From the IMG/VR virus record IMGVR_UViG_3300043313_001040, positions 1-64,000 of that record: 64,000 bases of DNA; one strand, given 5' to 3'. The position numbers and the translations under genes are program-made. This document shows, piece after piece, positions 46,201 to 55,145 of the stretch. Source of the DNA: a virus. Numbering within the stretch: position 1 is the first letter of the stretch; the number at the start of each line of letters is the position of its first letter. Under the pieces are notes generated by a model. The model ran no database searches. It was not told the DNA's origin and was given only the letters and a program-made list of their open reading frames with translations.

Positions 46201-46301
46201 CCGGTGACCCACAGCTTGCTGCCACAAAACGGATTGGAGATCTTCTTATCATCACCAACGCTCATCTGGAAGAGATGAAGAAACCGGTTGTAGTAAAATG
46301 A
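43263..46301 (+). CDS. tape measure protein
   Basis: 1012 aa, Ala-rich helical; F...LGSV..A...EL..F; C-terminal DSLTRVGGGG. Confidence 0.85.
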   Translation: MPNPAFVGTGLTDLKQALAGLNKGGGLEWGGFAGLSELATGASKTKAVIESIKWAAFARAGVAGFMSIVPAAYALMFGIRKAVTESGILQAALQRLGETKVLTAQFTQFLGSVQLARQRVGELYAFVANSKFNMGEAGNASKTLSILTNGAEGSIGSLQMLGRVATATGNSLEELALYYGKFSQQSRNGEDISGTVQALREMGVITESTAASLINLQKSGASASQLMSAFRNDIAAVAAASTDTSDSIEELQDRVEKLKQSAAAGFGKAWMKQEARDLEGQVKLWTAISGATEQFGKSLEYVTRPANNLKNALYDMAGTDAFKSSLKTLSDMVFMLPIAIAGYSTLKTLMAGELPGKGLIKTAGGALKTVLNPAAAARGRGTALAGAADDILEVALATQAAGGTVTRGTVAKLAGTEALSKGFMGLGNVLSAAGAGMVRVGALLARLAPVGLLVTASTMLLAKAWETYRDRQERAASAARDARDAMATRSGLAKEIESVKTLDDKTRKLAEARKLLNSAIAERARVQSDSSSTEDEESAAIALVHERERAVKAISEINVKNLGMTEKEFSYRLRQIDVENEIADIQYQAAMNRANAVQREIMANTRLEMLHKRMAEHEAIRKEEPALLANQQAIDQERAERRGKAAGAKGELFNLSREAVELRKEMNMPSQRSETRQRELRARMEINLARQQQLQGQIAGFQNPTAKEEQLKAERKRMIEQGSSEHNLLMQQAENETDPHRAKELRLEAARVVARKDDALKEEAAQLEATAKERKAAADKEIRDYDTSRYVRKLQDKATMAAAAGNFGLAAAYQKAAQDREDATNDANRLDQLTLEMGGKFAAAMKLSQEQEDRKRTRAATAEARFGPEGTATRTLRERQLALAERGLGIPGFAGPGIRGAAAGRELIKMQDIDQFNQTLQELMQGIEATPENVKNATRTAQQLTAADIIEKTADLQGVGSMGDSLTRVGGGGGFYAGAAGDPQLAATKRIGDLLIITNAHLEEMKKPVVVK

Positions 46302-46963
46302 TCGAACTAGCCACAGCAGTCAGATACGGTCTCAGTGGACTGTGGGTAGAGAGCTACGGGCAACTCCATACCGACATCTATGGTTTGTCCTCGGCGGTGG
46401 CCATCTGGGCTTCCCCGGCCGATGCGATGAGTTACCCCAGCATGCTGACCCCACATCCGCTGTGGGGCTTTCTCCATCTCGAACGCCGAACCGTCAGTGT
46501 TGAGTATGGTCATTGCCGCACTACGGCTGAGTATGCCGGATTCGAAGGGACACCCGTCCCGGTAATTGAATGGGGCAGCGGAGTAAACGAAGAACCGATC
46601 CAGACCCATCCGGATTTTGAGTCTTTCGCTGGCAAGCCAAGCGCCCCGCTTAACGGTGCCAGGTTCGTTGATCCAACCACGAACAAAATCACAACCAATG
46701 ATGATCTTGGAGTCTTTGATAAATTCTGGTCCAACCCACCTAACAAGTGGGCTGGAGTAACCAGCTATCTTATGCCCGTTGTCATCAAAAAGATAACAAC
46801 CATCGCTCCATCCCCCATCGACATTTCCAGGGTAGGCAAACTGGAGGATGGATACCTCATCAGCAACGCGTCGAGCACTCAGCGCGGCATCGTATTCCAG
46901 AATGTTATTGAGTTCCGTGGTCCAGGTCAGCGCGGCTGGAACGAAGAACTGTATCCCGGGTAA
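46298..46963 (+). CDS. tail tip/hub protein
   Basis: EEPIQTHPDF; GVTSYL; follows tape measure. Confidence 0.6.
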   Translation: MIELATAVRYGLSGLWVESYGQLHTDIYGLSSAVAIWASPADAMSYPSMLTPHPLWGFLHLERRTVSVEYGHCRTTAEYAGFEGTPVPVIEWGSGVNEEPIQTHPDFESFAGKPSAPLNGARFVDPTTNKITTNDDLGVFDKFWSNPPNKWAGVTSYLMPVVIKKITTIAPSPIDISRVGKLEDGYLISNASSTQRGIVFQNVIEFRGPGQRGWNEELYPG

Positions 46964-47752
46964 ATGAACACGCCCGAACTCCTAGCTGCCTTAACTGAGG
47001 TTAAGCCAGGCATGTTGGTTTCCGATGTGGCTACCGCCAAACGCATGAACGCGATTAGCCAACTCCTGCGTCACGTTCTTCGCGGAGGCAATATCGTAAC
47101 TGGACCCAGAATCAGAAAGCGAAGCGGAGACGGATGGGTTACGTTGGTTGGTGAAGGCGAGGACGGCGGCTTCGGAGGATCATCCGAGTTTCCTTTCCAC
47201 CTTGAAATTGTCCCCAGGCCGGATAACCCGAGCCTGTTCGCCGTCCAGATTACCGACGGTAAGGTAAATAACGAATGGCCCGACGTTGGCACCGATACGA
47301 TGGGATCGCCAACGAGTCCAGGGTTCTTGTCGCTGGACATTGCAAATGTGGAGAACTGCAATGTGTTCCTCCGAGTGATGTTCAACGCAAAGACCAATGT
47401 TATCGCGAGGCTCGACATCTATGAGCGGCCTAACGAGACGTTCCCGGTCGATCAAATTACCTTTCTTCCACCTGACGAAGAACCCGATCCAACCGAGGCG
47501 GATGCTGCAGATAGTCCTGACGTGCCGCCCCCTGCTGGCTACGGGGTGGTTCATATTCTCCTCGGTTACACCTTTTTGATTCCACCACCTTTGGAATCTC
47601 CGCCAGGCACGCCTTCAACGACGGCCATCTTCAACATGATCAGGAGCAACATTCAGCTCGATTTTATTTACGGAAGCAAGAATGGGTTGCCAGCCGTGTT
47701 GGCGGTTAACACTTATTCCAAATTCATCGCGTTCCCTCTTGCCGCACCGTGA
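46964..47752 (+). CDS. tail protein
   Basis: position; TAKRMNAI motif. Confidence 0.55.
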   Translation: MNTPELLAALTEVKPGMLVSDVATAKRMNAISQLLRHVLRGGNIVTGPRIRKRSGDGWVTLVGEGEDGGFGGSSEFPFHLEIVPRPDNPSLFAVQITDGKVNNEWPDVGTDTMGSPTSPGFLSLDIANVENCNVFLRVMFNAKTNVIARLDIYERPNETFPVDQITFLPPDEEPDPTEADAADSPDVPPPAGYGVVHILLGYTFLIPPPLESPPGTPSTTAIFNMIRSNIQLDFIYGSKNGLPAVLAVNTYSKFIAFPLAAP

Positions 47753-48753
47753 ACGAACTCCTTTGCGGTGATCGCGGCGGCCTTGATCACAGCTATCTGC
47801 CTATTCGCCCCAGGCAACAATGGGATGATAAAATAGAAATCCTTTTTGCTGCGCTGACTGGTTTTAGGACGGAAGAGTTTTTCGAGAATTATTATCGTCT
47901 CAGCTTTCCGCTTGTCCTTAGCCCTGCGACCTACTTCAAGCTTTGCTGGCGAGTAAAGAAGTTTCAGCTAACAGGCACAATAACGACCGACGAGGGCAGC
48001 AGAGACTTCGACACCGAAGTTGCAATGGTCCGATTACCAGTGGAGGGCGATCCACAGGTTGATGACGAAACCTTTCAGACGATGGCGGCAGCTTCGGAAA
48101 TGGAGATCATTCGGTCATCCGACAGAATTTATCTGAAGGACCCTCTGGTATTGAGGCGACCTTATATGGACCCGCCCCCTGCCGAGCCGCCAGTTAAGTC
48201 ATCCGATGTGCCGAGACCGTGGCGCGACCTATTCTTCAACCAGCTACGTAATGCTGGGTTTTATATGAGGCAATACGAGGATAGCCCTGTGAATTTCTCT
48301 TTGGCAAAACCGTTTCCAGAGGGTGGCGGCTTGCCGTTTTGTAATGTCGATTTCAATCTTCTGTCCGACGAAGGACGGTATGCCGACGTGTTCTTTCCGG
48401 CGTATCCGGAATTTATTGGAGCGATCTATGACGAAGACACGAAGATGGTTCACGCTCCGTTGTTTTTCTCGGTTGTTCTTGGTGCTCAGACTTGCCGGTC
48501 CACACAGGAGCCGGTGGCGGGAGACCCTCTTACTGACTACCCTGGGGGCAATATAGCGGCTGGCGAATTGAGCATCGAGGGTCTTCAGGACGATCCAATT
48601 ATCGTGCCAATGTATCGCGGGGACATCGGCTTCGGAACCGCCAGCGTCACTGCCACGCTGACAGCGGCTGAATTTTGGCCCTACCAAAACTCCCAGGGGC
48701 TGCCAATTTATGACACCATAACCGGAGAGCAACTGCGCGATCCGTTGACATGA
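47749..48753 (+). CDS. tail protein
   Basis: position; C-terminal EFWPY....PIYDT.TG. Confidence 0.55.
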   Translation: MNELLCGDRGGLDHSYLPIRPRQQWDDKIEILFAALTGFRTEEFFENYYRLSFPLVLSPATYFKLCWRVKKFQLTGTITTDEGSRDFDTEVAMVRLPVEGDPQVDDETFQTMAAASEMEIIRSSDRIYLKDPLVLRRPYMDPPPAEPPVKSSDVPRPWRDLFFNQLRNAGFYMRQYEDSPVNFSLAKPFPEGGGLPFCNVDFNLLSDEGRYADVFFPAYPEFIGAIYDEDTKMVHAPLFFSVVLGAQTCRSTQEPVAGDPLTDYPGGNIAAGELSIEGLQDDPIIVPMYRGDIGFGTASVTATLTAAEFWPYQNSQGLPIYDTITGEQLRDPLT

Positions 48754-48766
48754 TTTCATCAGCAGA

Positions 48767-49315
48767 ATGAAGCTCTACGTCGACATTGATTCTCAGACGG
48801 TAATCTCTTCTCCCGGGGTGCCGCAGAGACTCGACGCGATTACCCTGAAGCGTGCCGGTCTCGTCGAGCTGTCGATCCAATTCTGTCGTGCCGGGCAGAT
48901 CGTTGAGCTGGCCCCTGGGGCGACTGGCATCTTTGAGCTGAAGCCGTCGGGGCAATATGACGCTGATCCAGTTTCAGGAGACGACAACTGGGAGCAGGTC
49001 GGCACAGGGACCGGCACCTCTTATAATTTCCTTTTCTCGCTTCTAACGGAAGCACTGGACGCGCTGCTATTCGTCAACACTGATCCATCTGACGACAAGA
49101 AGAGCATCACCTTAATGGGCGAACTCCAGTGGTATGACGGAGCGCAACACACCACTCAGACCCTTACAGTTACGATTGAAAACAACGTCATCCGCGTCGG
49201 AGACACAATCCCGCCCGGGGCCGCACCCGTCGACTATTTAGTTGACGACTCCGACCCTGGTATGCCCGAGATTATGTTTGACGAAGAGGGCGGCGAACCT
49301 TTGACGGTCTCATAA
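48767..49315 (+). CDS. baseplate upper/fibre-attachment protein
   Basis: MKLYVDID..; LMGELQW; TQTLTVTIENNV. Confidence 0.55.
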   Translation: MKLYVDIDSQTVISSPGVPQRLDAITLKRAGLVELSIQFCRAGQIVELAPGATGIFELKPSGQYDADPVSGDDNWEQVGTGTGTSYNFLFSLLTEALDALLFVNTDPSDDKKSITLMGELQWYDGAQHTTQTLTVTIENNVIRVGDTIPPGAAPVDYLVDDSDPGMPEIMFDEEGGEPLTVS

Positions 49316-49316
49316 T

Positions 49317-50141
49317 ATGATCCATTCCAACTCCGTTAAGAACCACAAGATCGAGAACTGGACGTATGCCAATGCGGCAGCACGAACCGGGGCTACAGGT
49401 TTCCTCGCGGCCGACATCGGCAAGCTGGCCTACCAGACCGACAATCAAACCTACTGGAGGTTAACCGCCGTTACGCCTACCTGGATTCAAGCCATGGCGG
49501 GCCCTGCTGGCGCGGACGGCGCGGATGGCGCAGCCGGACCCGGAGTGCCTACCGGTGGAACTGCTGACCAGATCCTCGCAAAGATCGACGGCACTAATTA
49601 CAATACCCACTGGATCGACGCTCCCAGCGGCGGCGGCGGTGCGCTAACGATGCTTGCCAACATGGACGAAACTGGCGGCACCGTTCCCGCCGATGATCCG
49701 GTCGATCACATTGATCTGCTCAGCATTCCTGGCACCGGCAAGAACCTCAGGATCGAAGGGTTCTTCCGGGGTTACGATGTCGATTACACCGACACGCTTG
49801 GCAATTTGCTGCTCTACTTCAACGCCAATTACACGGACAGTGATTACTGGTATGCCACCAACGAGGATGCAGTCCACACCGACGCGAATGGCGCTCCGGT
49901 AGTCGCCAAATCTGGGATCTACGGTGCTCACCACATCCTAATCGAGATCCCAATGTATTCTTCCACGACTGGATTCTCGCCAACCGCATTTGTCCGAAGC
50001 ATATTTGTCGATGCTTCCGGGATGCACAACCGCGAAAGTATCGTGCGCTTTGCGGCTGTAAGCGGCTCGCCCTTGACTCAGCTTCGCCTCAAAACGTCAC
50101 TGTCACGCCTGGAGTTTCACGGTCGAGCATACCTCTTGTAG
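49317..50141 (+). CDS. tail fibre/virion protein
   Basis: GPAGADGADG; GVPTGGTADQILAK..GTNYNTHW. Confidence 0.65.
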   Translation: MIHSNSVKNHKIENWTYANAAARTGATGFLAADIGKLAYQTDNQTYWRLTAVTPTWIQAMAGPAGADGADGAAGPGVPTGGTADQILAKIDGTNYNTHWIDAPSGGGGALTMLANMDETGGTVPADDPVDHIDLLSIPGTGKNLRIEGFFRGYDVDYTDTLGNLLLYFNANYTDSDYWYATNEDAVHTDANGAPVVAKSGIYGAHHILIEIPMYSSTTGFSPTAFVRSIFVDASGMHNRESIVRFAAVSGSPLTQLRLKTSLSRLEFHGRAYLL

Positions 50142-50178
50142 TTTGCAGCACGCTGCAAATTGACACCTGGTCATAGGC

Positions 50179-50547
50179 ATGGCGTCCATCGTTCGTAATT
50201 ACACGGTCGAACGTGGGATTCCGTTCTCCCGTCAGATCACGGTTACTTCAGGTGGCGTCGCGGTCGATCTTACCGGTGCTACCATTGAGGCTCAGGTCCG
50301 CCTGGCCAAGCTGCCAGAAGAATATCGTTATAGGCCGACTGGGACGGGGCCGCTAATCACCAGCTTTGATGTCGACATCCCGATTTATACCGACGGTAAG
50401 TTCACCATCAAGTTGCCGGAAAACAAGACGCTGCTGATGGGTCGCGGTGAATACGACTATGACGTAATTATCACCTTCCCTACTGGAACCAAGAACCGGG
50501 TGTTGGCAGGCATTCTTACTGCCGTGGAGGTTACTACGCATGCCTGA
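50179..50547 (+). CDS. BppU-like virion protein
   Basis: VDLTGATIEAQVR...YDYDV...LAG.L.A. Confidence 0.6.
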   Translation: MASIVRNYTVERGIPFSRQITVTSGGVAVDLTGATIEAQVRLAKLPEEYRYRPTGTGPLITSFDVDIPIYTDGKFTIKLPENKTLLMGRGEYDYDVIITFPTGTKNRVLAGILTAVEVTTHA

Positions 50548-51115
50548 CGATCTTACAATCTCCATCGACGAAGGTCCCATCTCGGAGGTGATCGAAGGCC
50601 CCAGCCAGGATGTCACCGACATCTCCGATCCCATTATTGGGATTGCGGTTGAGAATCCGGCCACCGAAGAGGTCCCCTCTGCGCCACCGGTGGAATCGGT
50701 AACTATTGTCGAGAAAGGCGATCCAGGCCCACCCGGGCCGCCCGGGCCTCCCGGTGGTGGCGGCGGCGGTGGCACAACCGATTACGATACGACGGAGATC
50801 GTAGCGCATGAGGCGATCCCGGCGCTTTCGTTCGTGACCTCGGACGGCAAGATCGCTGATTCGAATAACCCGTTTCATTTCAACAAGGTCATGGGCATTA
50901 CCTTGGTCAGCGTTCCAGTTGACACTGTGGCCACGGTTATAACCGAGGGGGAGGTGACGGATCTTTCTTGGAATTGGACCGCGAATCAAAAACTTTTCCT
51001 CAATGGCACCGCACTCTCACCAATCCCAGTTTCTTCTGGCTTTAGTCAGATGCTCGCTGTGGCCCAGAACTCTCAGACCATCTTTATCCGCGTTCGAACT
51101 CCGATCCGTCTCTAA
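50540..51115 (+). CDS. collagen-repeat virion protein with cement-like C-terminal domain
   Basis: GDPGPPGPPGPPGG; GEVTDLSWNW...LFL. Confidence 0.65.
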   Translation: MPDDLTISIDEGPISEVIEGPSQDVTDISDPIIGIAVENPATEEVPSAPPVESVTIVEKGDPGPPGPPGPPGGGGGGGTTDYDTTEIVAHEAIPALSFVTSDGKIADSNNPFHFNKVMGITLVSVPVDTVATVITEGEVTDLSWNWTANQKLFLNGTALSPIPVSSGFSQMLAVAQNSQTIFIRVRTPIRL

Positions 51116-51120
51116 CTAAT

Positions 51121-51570
51121 ATGGCCACAAGAAAAGCAATCGTTCTCGTTAACGGCGAATTTCAACAGCTCCAGGCTGGAGATACGCTTGCCGGTCCAAT
51201 AGCAGAGGTAGATTTGATTTCGTTGACCAACGGCGAGTCCAGCGCCGCCCTGGCCCTTGGTGACATCGTTTACATTAGCGCGGCCGATACAGTGAAGAAG
51301 GCCAAGGCGGATGCTGCCTCCACTGCTGATGCTTTTGGGATCGCCACGGCTGCCATCGCGGCCGGTGCTGCGGGATACATTCAAACCGCTGGTGTTTTGA
51401 GCGGCCTAACTGGTCTTACGGCTGGCGCAGTCTACTATCTTTCGGCAGCCACGTCCGGATTACTAACGACTACGGCCCCCAGTGCCACAGGGCAAACTGT
51501 AACCCGCGTTGGTAAGGCTATTTCGACGACCGAACTCGAAATCAATATTCAGCGGCCTGTCCTGCTGTAA
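51121..51570 (+). CDS. cement-like (DUF2190-related) virion protein
   Basis: GD.VYIS...KAKAD; GLTAGAVYYLS; VGKAISTTE. Confidence 0.65.
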   Translation: MATRKAIVLVNGEFQQLQAGDTLAGPIAEVDLISLTNGESSAALALGDIVYISAADTVKKAKADAASTADAFGIATAAIAAGAAGYIQTAGVLSGLTGLTAGAVYYLSAATSGLLTTTAPSATGQTVTRVGKAISTTELEINIQRPVLL

Positions 51571-51579
51571 TCCCAGGTC

Positions 51580-53145
51580 ATGGCGAATTACGCCCCCATC
51601 ATCATCAAGAATGGGGAGCTGCAGCAGCTTCAGGCGGCCGACTCGCTTGTTGTTCCAATCCTCAATGCAAATGGTGGAAGCGGCACAAAGACCAATATCC
51701 TGTCGGTTTCCGGACTAGCTTTAACCGATACCGGAGCTGCTTCCTCTTCAGTTAGTTCTACCTTTTCAGCAAGAGCCGCAACTGCAGGGCCTGTTGGAGG
51801 TTTAGTTCTTACCACCTACGGTAATTCGGAAGCCACTCATCCCGGCGAAACCACGCTTAACTTTTTTGGGTCCGGAGCTATCTGCTCAGGATTCGTTATC
51901 GGGTCAAATGCTTATCCCACACACATGCTGGATGTGTATGGGACGGGCTGGTTTCAGAATACTTTGCAGGTAGGGGATGGCACAACCTCTGCCTCGGGCG
52001 AGCTACTATTAAATGGAGTGGCGGCTACAAATGAAGGTCCGTATATCGGCTTTCAAAAATCTGGGTCAACTAAGTGGTATGTCGGCCTCACTTCAAGGGT
52101 GATCGGCGGCACTTCGAATAGCTTTACCTTCTTTAGCCTAGCTAACGGTGAAGTGATGCGCATTGGTGCTGGCGTCAACATCGGCGGCACAACTGATCCC
52201 GGTGCAGGAGGTTTGATTATCGCTGGTAGTAATAGTTACCCCTGTGATATTTCATCATCGAATGCCACTAATGTTATCTCTCGTGTTACTTCAACTAATT
52301 CATCCAGTCTCGCGGCCTTTGATGCTGTTAATAATACCGGGTCTATAGCAGAATTTGGAGTAAGAGGTTCGGCTAGGTCTGCGTATGGCGTCTTAGTGGC
52401 CAACGACGGCTATCTTTACTCCGGTGGGCATTTAACCTTACTTGCTGATGGCTCTGGCGTTATTAAATTCGCTGCCAACGGCAACACTGAGCGAATGCGG
52501 CTTGCCTTGGGACTAAACATCGGCGGCACAACTGACCCCGGCGTGGCGAATTTATATGTTGGGAATAGTTCATCAGGGACGGGAACAAGTCATGGTATTT
52601 TCATGTTTGGTTCAAACCAATCATTTATCCGAATGTATGGGCAGACTCGCAACTGGGGGTTGCTTCAAAACAGTTTAGGGCAAGGAGATTTTGCCATATG
52701 GCAAAGTAACAGTGCCGGAACGGACACTAACGCAACTGGTTCAGACCCCTTTGCTGGAACTATTCGTTTTTTAATCGGGAGTGCCGGAGCAATTCGGTTT
52801 CCTGCTTACGGCGCAGGCACGCTTGTAACGGATTCCAGCGGTAACATTACTGCATCATCGGATGAAGCACTTAAACGAAATATCCGACCATTTACTCGCG
52901 GTCTTAAGTCTCTCTTGGGTCTCAATCCGATTACCTATCAGTGGACAAAGGAATCAGGTATGGACCCTGAAGGCGACTATACTGGGTTTGGCTCCCGTCA
53001 TACTCGGACCTGCATCCCCGAAGCCGTCAGTGAAGACCTGACATTCTCTGATAGACCAATTATCGCAGCCATGGTAAATGCGATAAAGGAACTCAACAAC
53101 CGATTGGAAAAATTTGAACATGCCAACACCAACACCAACGCCTAA
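51580..53145 (+). CDS. tail fibre with C-terminal peptidase S74 intramolecular chaperone
   Basis: SSDEALKRNI...LNPITYQW...GF...IPEAV...AIKELN; internal NIGGTTDPG repeat. Confidence 0.85.
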   Translation: MANYAPIIIKNGELQQLQAADSLVVPILNANGGSGTKTNILSVSGLALTDTGAASSSVSSTFSARAATAGPVGGLVLTTYGNSEATHPGETTLNFFGSGAICSGFVIGSNAYPTHMLDVYGTGWFQNTLQVGDGTTSASGELLLNGVAATNEGPYIGFQKSGSTKWYVGLTSRVIGGTSNSFTFFSLANGEVMRIGAGVNIGGTTDPGAGGLIIAGSNSYPCDISSSNATNVISRVTSTNSSSLAAFDAVNNTGSIAEFGVRGSARSAYGVLVANDGYLYSGGHLTLLADGSGVIKFAANGNTERMRLALGLNIGGTTDPGVANLYVGNSSSGTGTSHGIFMFGSNQSFIRMYGQTRNWGLLQNSLGQGDFAIWQSNSAGTDTNATGSDPFAGTIRFLIGSAGAIRFPAYGAGTLVTDSSGNITASSDEALKRNIRPFTRGLKSLLGLNPITYQWTKESGMDPEGDYTGFGSRHTRTCIPEAVSEDLTFSDRPIIAAMVNAIKELNNRLEKFEHANTNTNA

Positions 53146-53344
53146 AAAAGAAGAACCCAAGATCGACTACTCGGACCCAAAGGTTTTGGACGAACAGATC
53201 GAGATGGCCACGAAAGCCCTGCGTGATATGGAGATGGAGAGTTCTTCTCGTCTGAGCTTTCTGAATGGCAATTTAAATGCCCTGAATCAAATTAAAAAAG
53301 GCCTGGCTGTTATCTTTCGAAAATCTGATGTCGACCAAAAATAA
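53114..53344 (+). CDS. small coiled-coil protein
   Basis: 76-aa ORF between fibre and lysis genes. Confidence 0.6.
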   Translation: MNMPTPTPTPKKEEPKIDYSDPKVLDEQIEMATKALRDMEMESSSRLSFLNGNLNALNQIKKGLAVIFRKSDVDQK

Positions 53345-54137
53345 ATCAGTTCTGGTTATCGAAGATCATCCGGATAGCTGCCAGGTCTTGAAGGAGATGC
53401 TGAAGCGGCGCGGGCTTCATGCCGAGTGCGCCGACACTATCAGAGAAGCCGAGAGCTGCATCATGTTTGCAGAGTCTCAGGGCAAACCGTATTCCTGCAT
53501 TGTATCAGACCTTGGCCTGGGTGATTCCAATGCACTCCAGACGGTTGAGTGGCTTAAAAAAGTCTCCAACAAACTGCCGGTCCGCGCAATCTCCGGAATC
53601 CAGGACCCGGCAGTTATTGAAGCGTGCCGCACCGCCCGGATTCCCCTGATCTTGAAGGGGACAAGCGCTGAAGGCATCATGGAATCGGTGCTCTATGCGA
53701 TTACCGAGCGTGACACGCCTCCAGATAGGGAGATCATAAATATCATAGCTGATAACAGAAAACACCAGCGCGAGGTGCACGATCCTGGGCAACCGGATAG
53801 CGGGCACCGGGATAATGATGGTGCTTTTTCTAGTTGGTCAAAGACTGGGAAAGCGATCACCAAGTTTGGCGTTATTGTCGGAACTCTCACGGCCACTCTG
53901 ACCCTCGGAGCGTGGCTGTATCGAGGACTGGAAGACCGGATTCTCGATGCAGCAAGCACTAAAACCCATCTCGCTTTAATCGACAGCAAAATCTCTGATG
54001 GAGCCGAGCAGCGAAAACAACATGGAGATAAAATCCGCGCCCTGGAAGATAACCGGCTCGAAGTAAATCTGAAGCTGACCTCCATCAACGAAAAGCTTGA
54101 CCACATAGATAAGAAGTTGGATGGTCCATCCAGATGA
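53328..54137 (+). CDS. response-regulator receiver domain fused to TM plus coiled coil (holin/antiholin-like position)
   Basis: VLVIED (E12 D13), IVSD61LGLGD, ISG (S89), LILK110G; TM ~180-198; C-terminal heptads. Confidence 0.8.
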   Translation: MSTKNKSVLVIEDHPDSCQVLKEMLKRRGLHAECADTIREAESCIMFAESQGKPYSCIVSDLGLGDSNALQTVEWLKKVSNKLPVRAISGIQDPAVIEACRTARIPLILKGTSAEGIMESVLYAITERDTPPDREIINIIADNRKHQREVHDPGQPDSGHRDNDGAFSSWSKTGKAITKFGVIVGTLTATLTLGAWLYRGLEDRILDAASTKTHLALIDSKISDGAEQRKQHGDKIRALEDNRLEVNLKLTSINEKLDHIDKKLDGPSR

Positions 54138-54382
54138 ACTGGCGCGTTAACTGGTTCGTGTTTCTTGTTCTCCCATGGCTGATCATCATTCTCGTCTGTT
54201 TGTCGAGCTGCGCTCCGATCAAGCCAAAGACAAATACGCCAGTCCCCTCGCTGACTAAAGCTACCGAGATCAATCGTTCGGTTCGTTCGAACATCGTCGA
54301 CTCGAAGGATGCAATCGGCCGAGCCCGTCGGTTGAACACGGTTATCGACAACAAGCTGAATCTTCTCCGCGATTACAAATGA
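54134..54382 (+). CDS. lipoprotein, o-spanin-like
   Basis: hydrophobic signal plus lipobox LSSC. Confidence 0.6.
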   Translation: MNWRVNWFVFLVLPWLIIILVCLSSCAPIKPKTNTPVPSLTKATEINRSVRSNIVDSKDAIGRARRLNTVIDNKLNLLRDYK

Positions 54383-54813
54383 TCCTGAACAAGAAATGGT
54401 TTCTTATTGCGGTAATCGTCATCGAGCTAATGGCGTTAGCTGCGGCGATGGCGCAGCAGGTTCAGTTGACCAGGGAACAGCTAATCAACCAGATCCAGGA
54501 TAAAGTCCACGAGCAGGAAAAGGAGCTGGAGTTCGCTGAGAAGAAAGCCAAAGAGGCTCGCGACAATTCGGATCGCACCCACGAGGAACTCGGCCGCGCC
54601 CAGGGGCAGATCGACCAGGTTGGCAAAGAGCGAGACGCCTGGCACCAATACGGCGACGATCAGCACGACAAGTGGATGAACGCCGAGACCCGCGTAGCCA
54701 AGGAGCAGGCAGCAGTCCTGCGGCGTAACATCATCATTATCGGATTAGTTTTGCTGATCGGATTATACGTGGTGGCCAAGATCTACTTCAAAGCTCAATT
54801 ACCATTTCTATAA
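54379..54813 (+). CDS. spanin-like coiled-coil membrane protein
   Basis: N-terminal signal/TM, long coiled coil, C-terminal TM. Confidence 0.55.
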   Translation: MILNKKWFLIAVIVIELMALAAAMAQQVQLTREQLINQIQDKVHEQEKELEFAEKKAKEARDNSDRTHEELGRAQGQIDQVGKERDAWHQYGDDQHDKWMNAETRVAKEQAAVLRRNIIIIGLVLLIGLYVVAKIYFKAQLPFL

Positions 54814-54815
54814 CC

Positions 54816-55145
54816 ATGGACTCAGCACCTACCCCTTCAGTGATGCAGCAGCAGAAGAACGTATTCGAGTTCATCACTGACCAGCTCGGCACTAACCCCA
54901 CTGAGTCGAAGAAGTTTCTCATGGCTCTTGTTGGAATCATTGCCATTTTTCTCCAGTTCGTTGTGTCGGCAGTGTTGATGTTCTACCGCACGGACTTGGG
55001 CGCGCACTTGGTTGCGATGTTCACAATCGCCGTCCCATCGCTCGCGGGTATTGTCGCAATCTACCTCGGCGCTCAGGGTGCCGTTGAAGTCAAAGCTAAT
55101 GGGGTGCTCCAGCATCAGGCCCAGGACCTCGCTTCAAAGCTATGA
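54816..55145 (+). CDS. holin (2 TM)
   Basis: SKKFLMALVG...; two TM helices; directly upstream of endolysin. Confidence 0.7.
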   Translation: MDSAPTPSVMQQQKNVFEFITDQLGTNPTESKKFLMALVGIIAIFLQFVVSAVLMFYRTDLGAHLVAMFTIAVPSLAGIVAIYLGAQGAVEVKANGVLQHQAQDLASKL

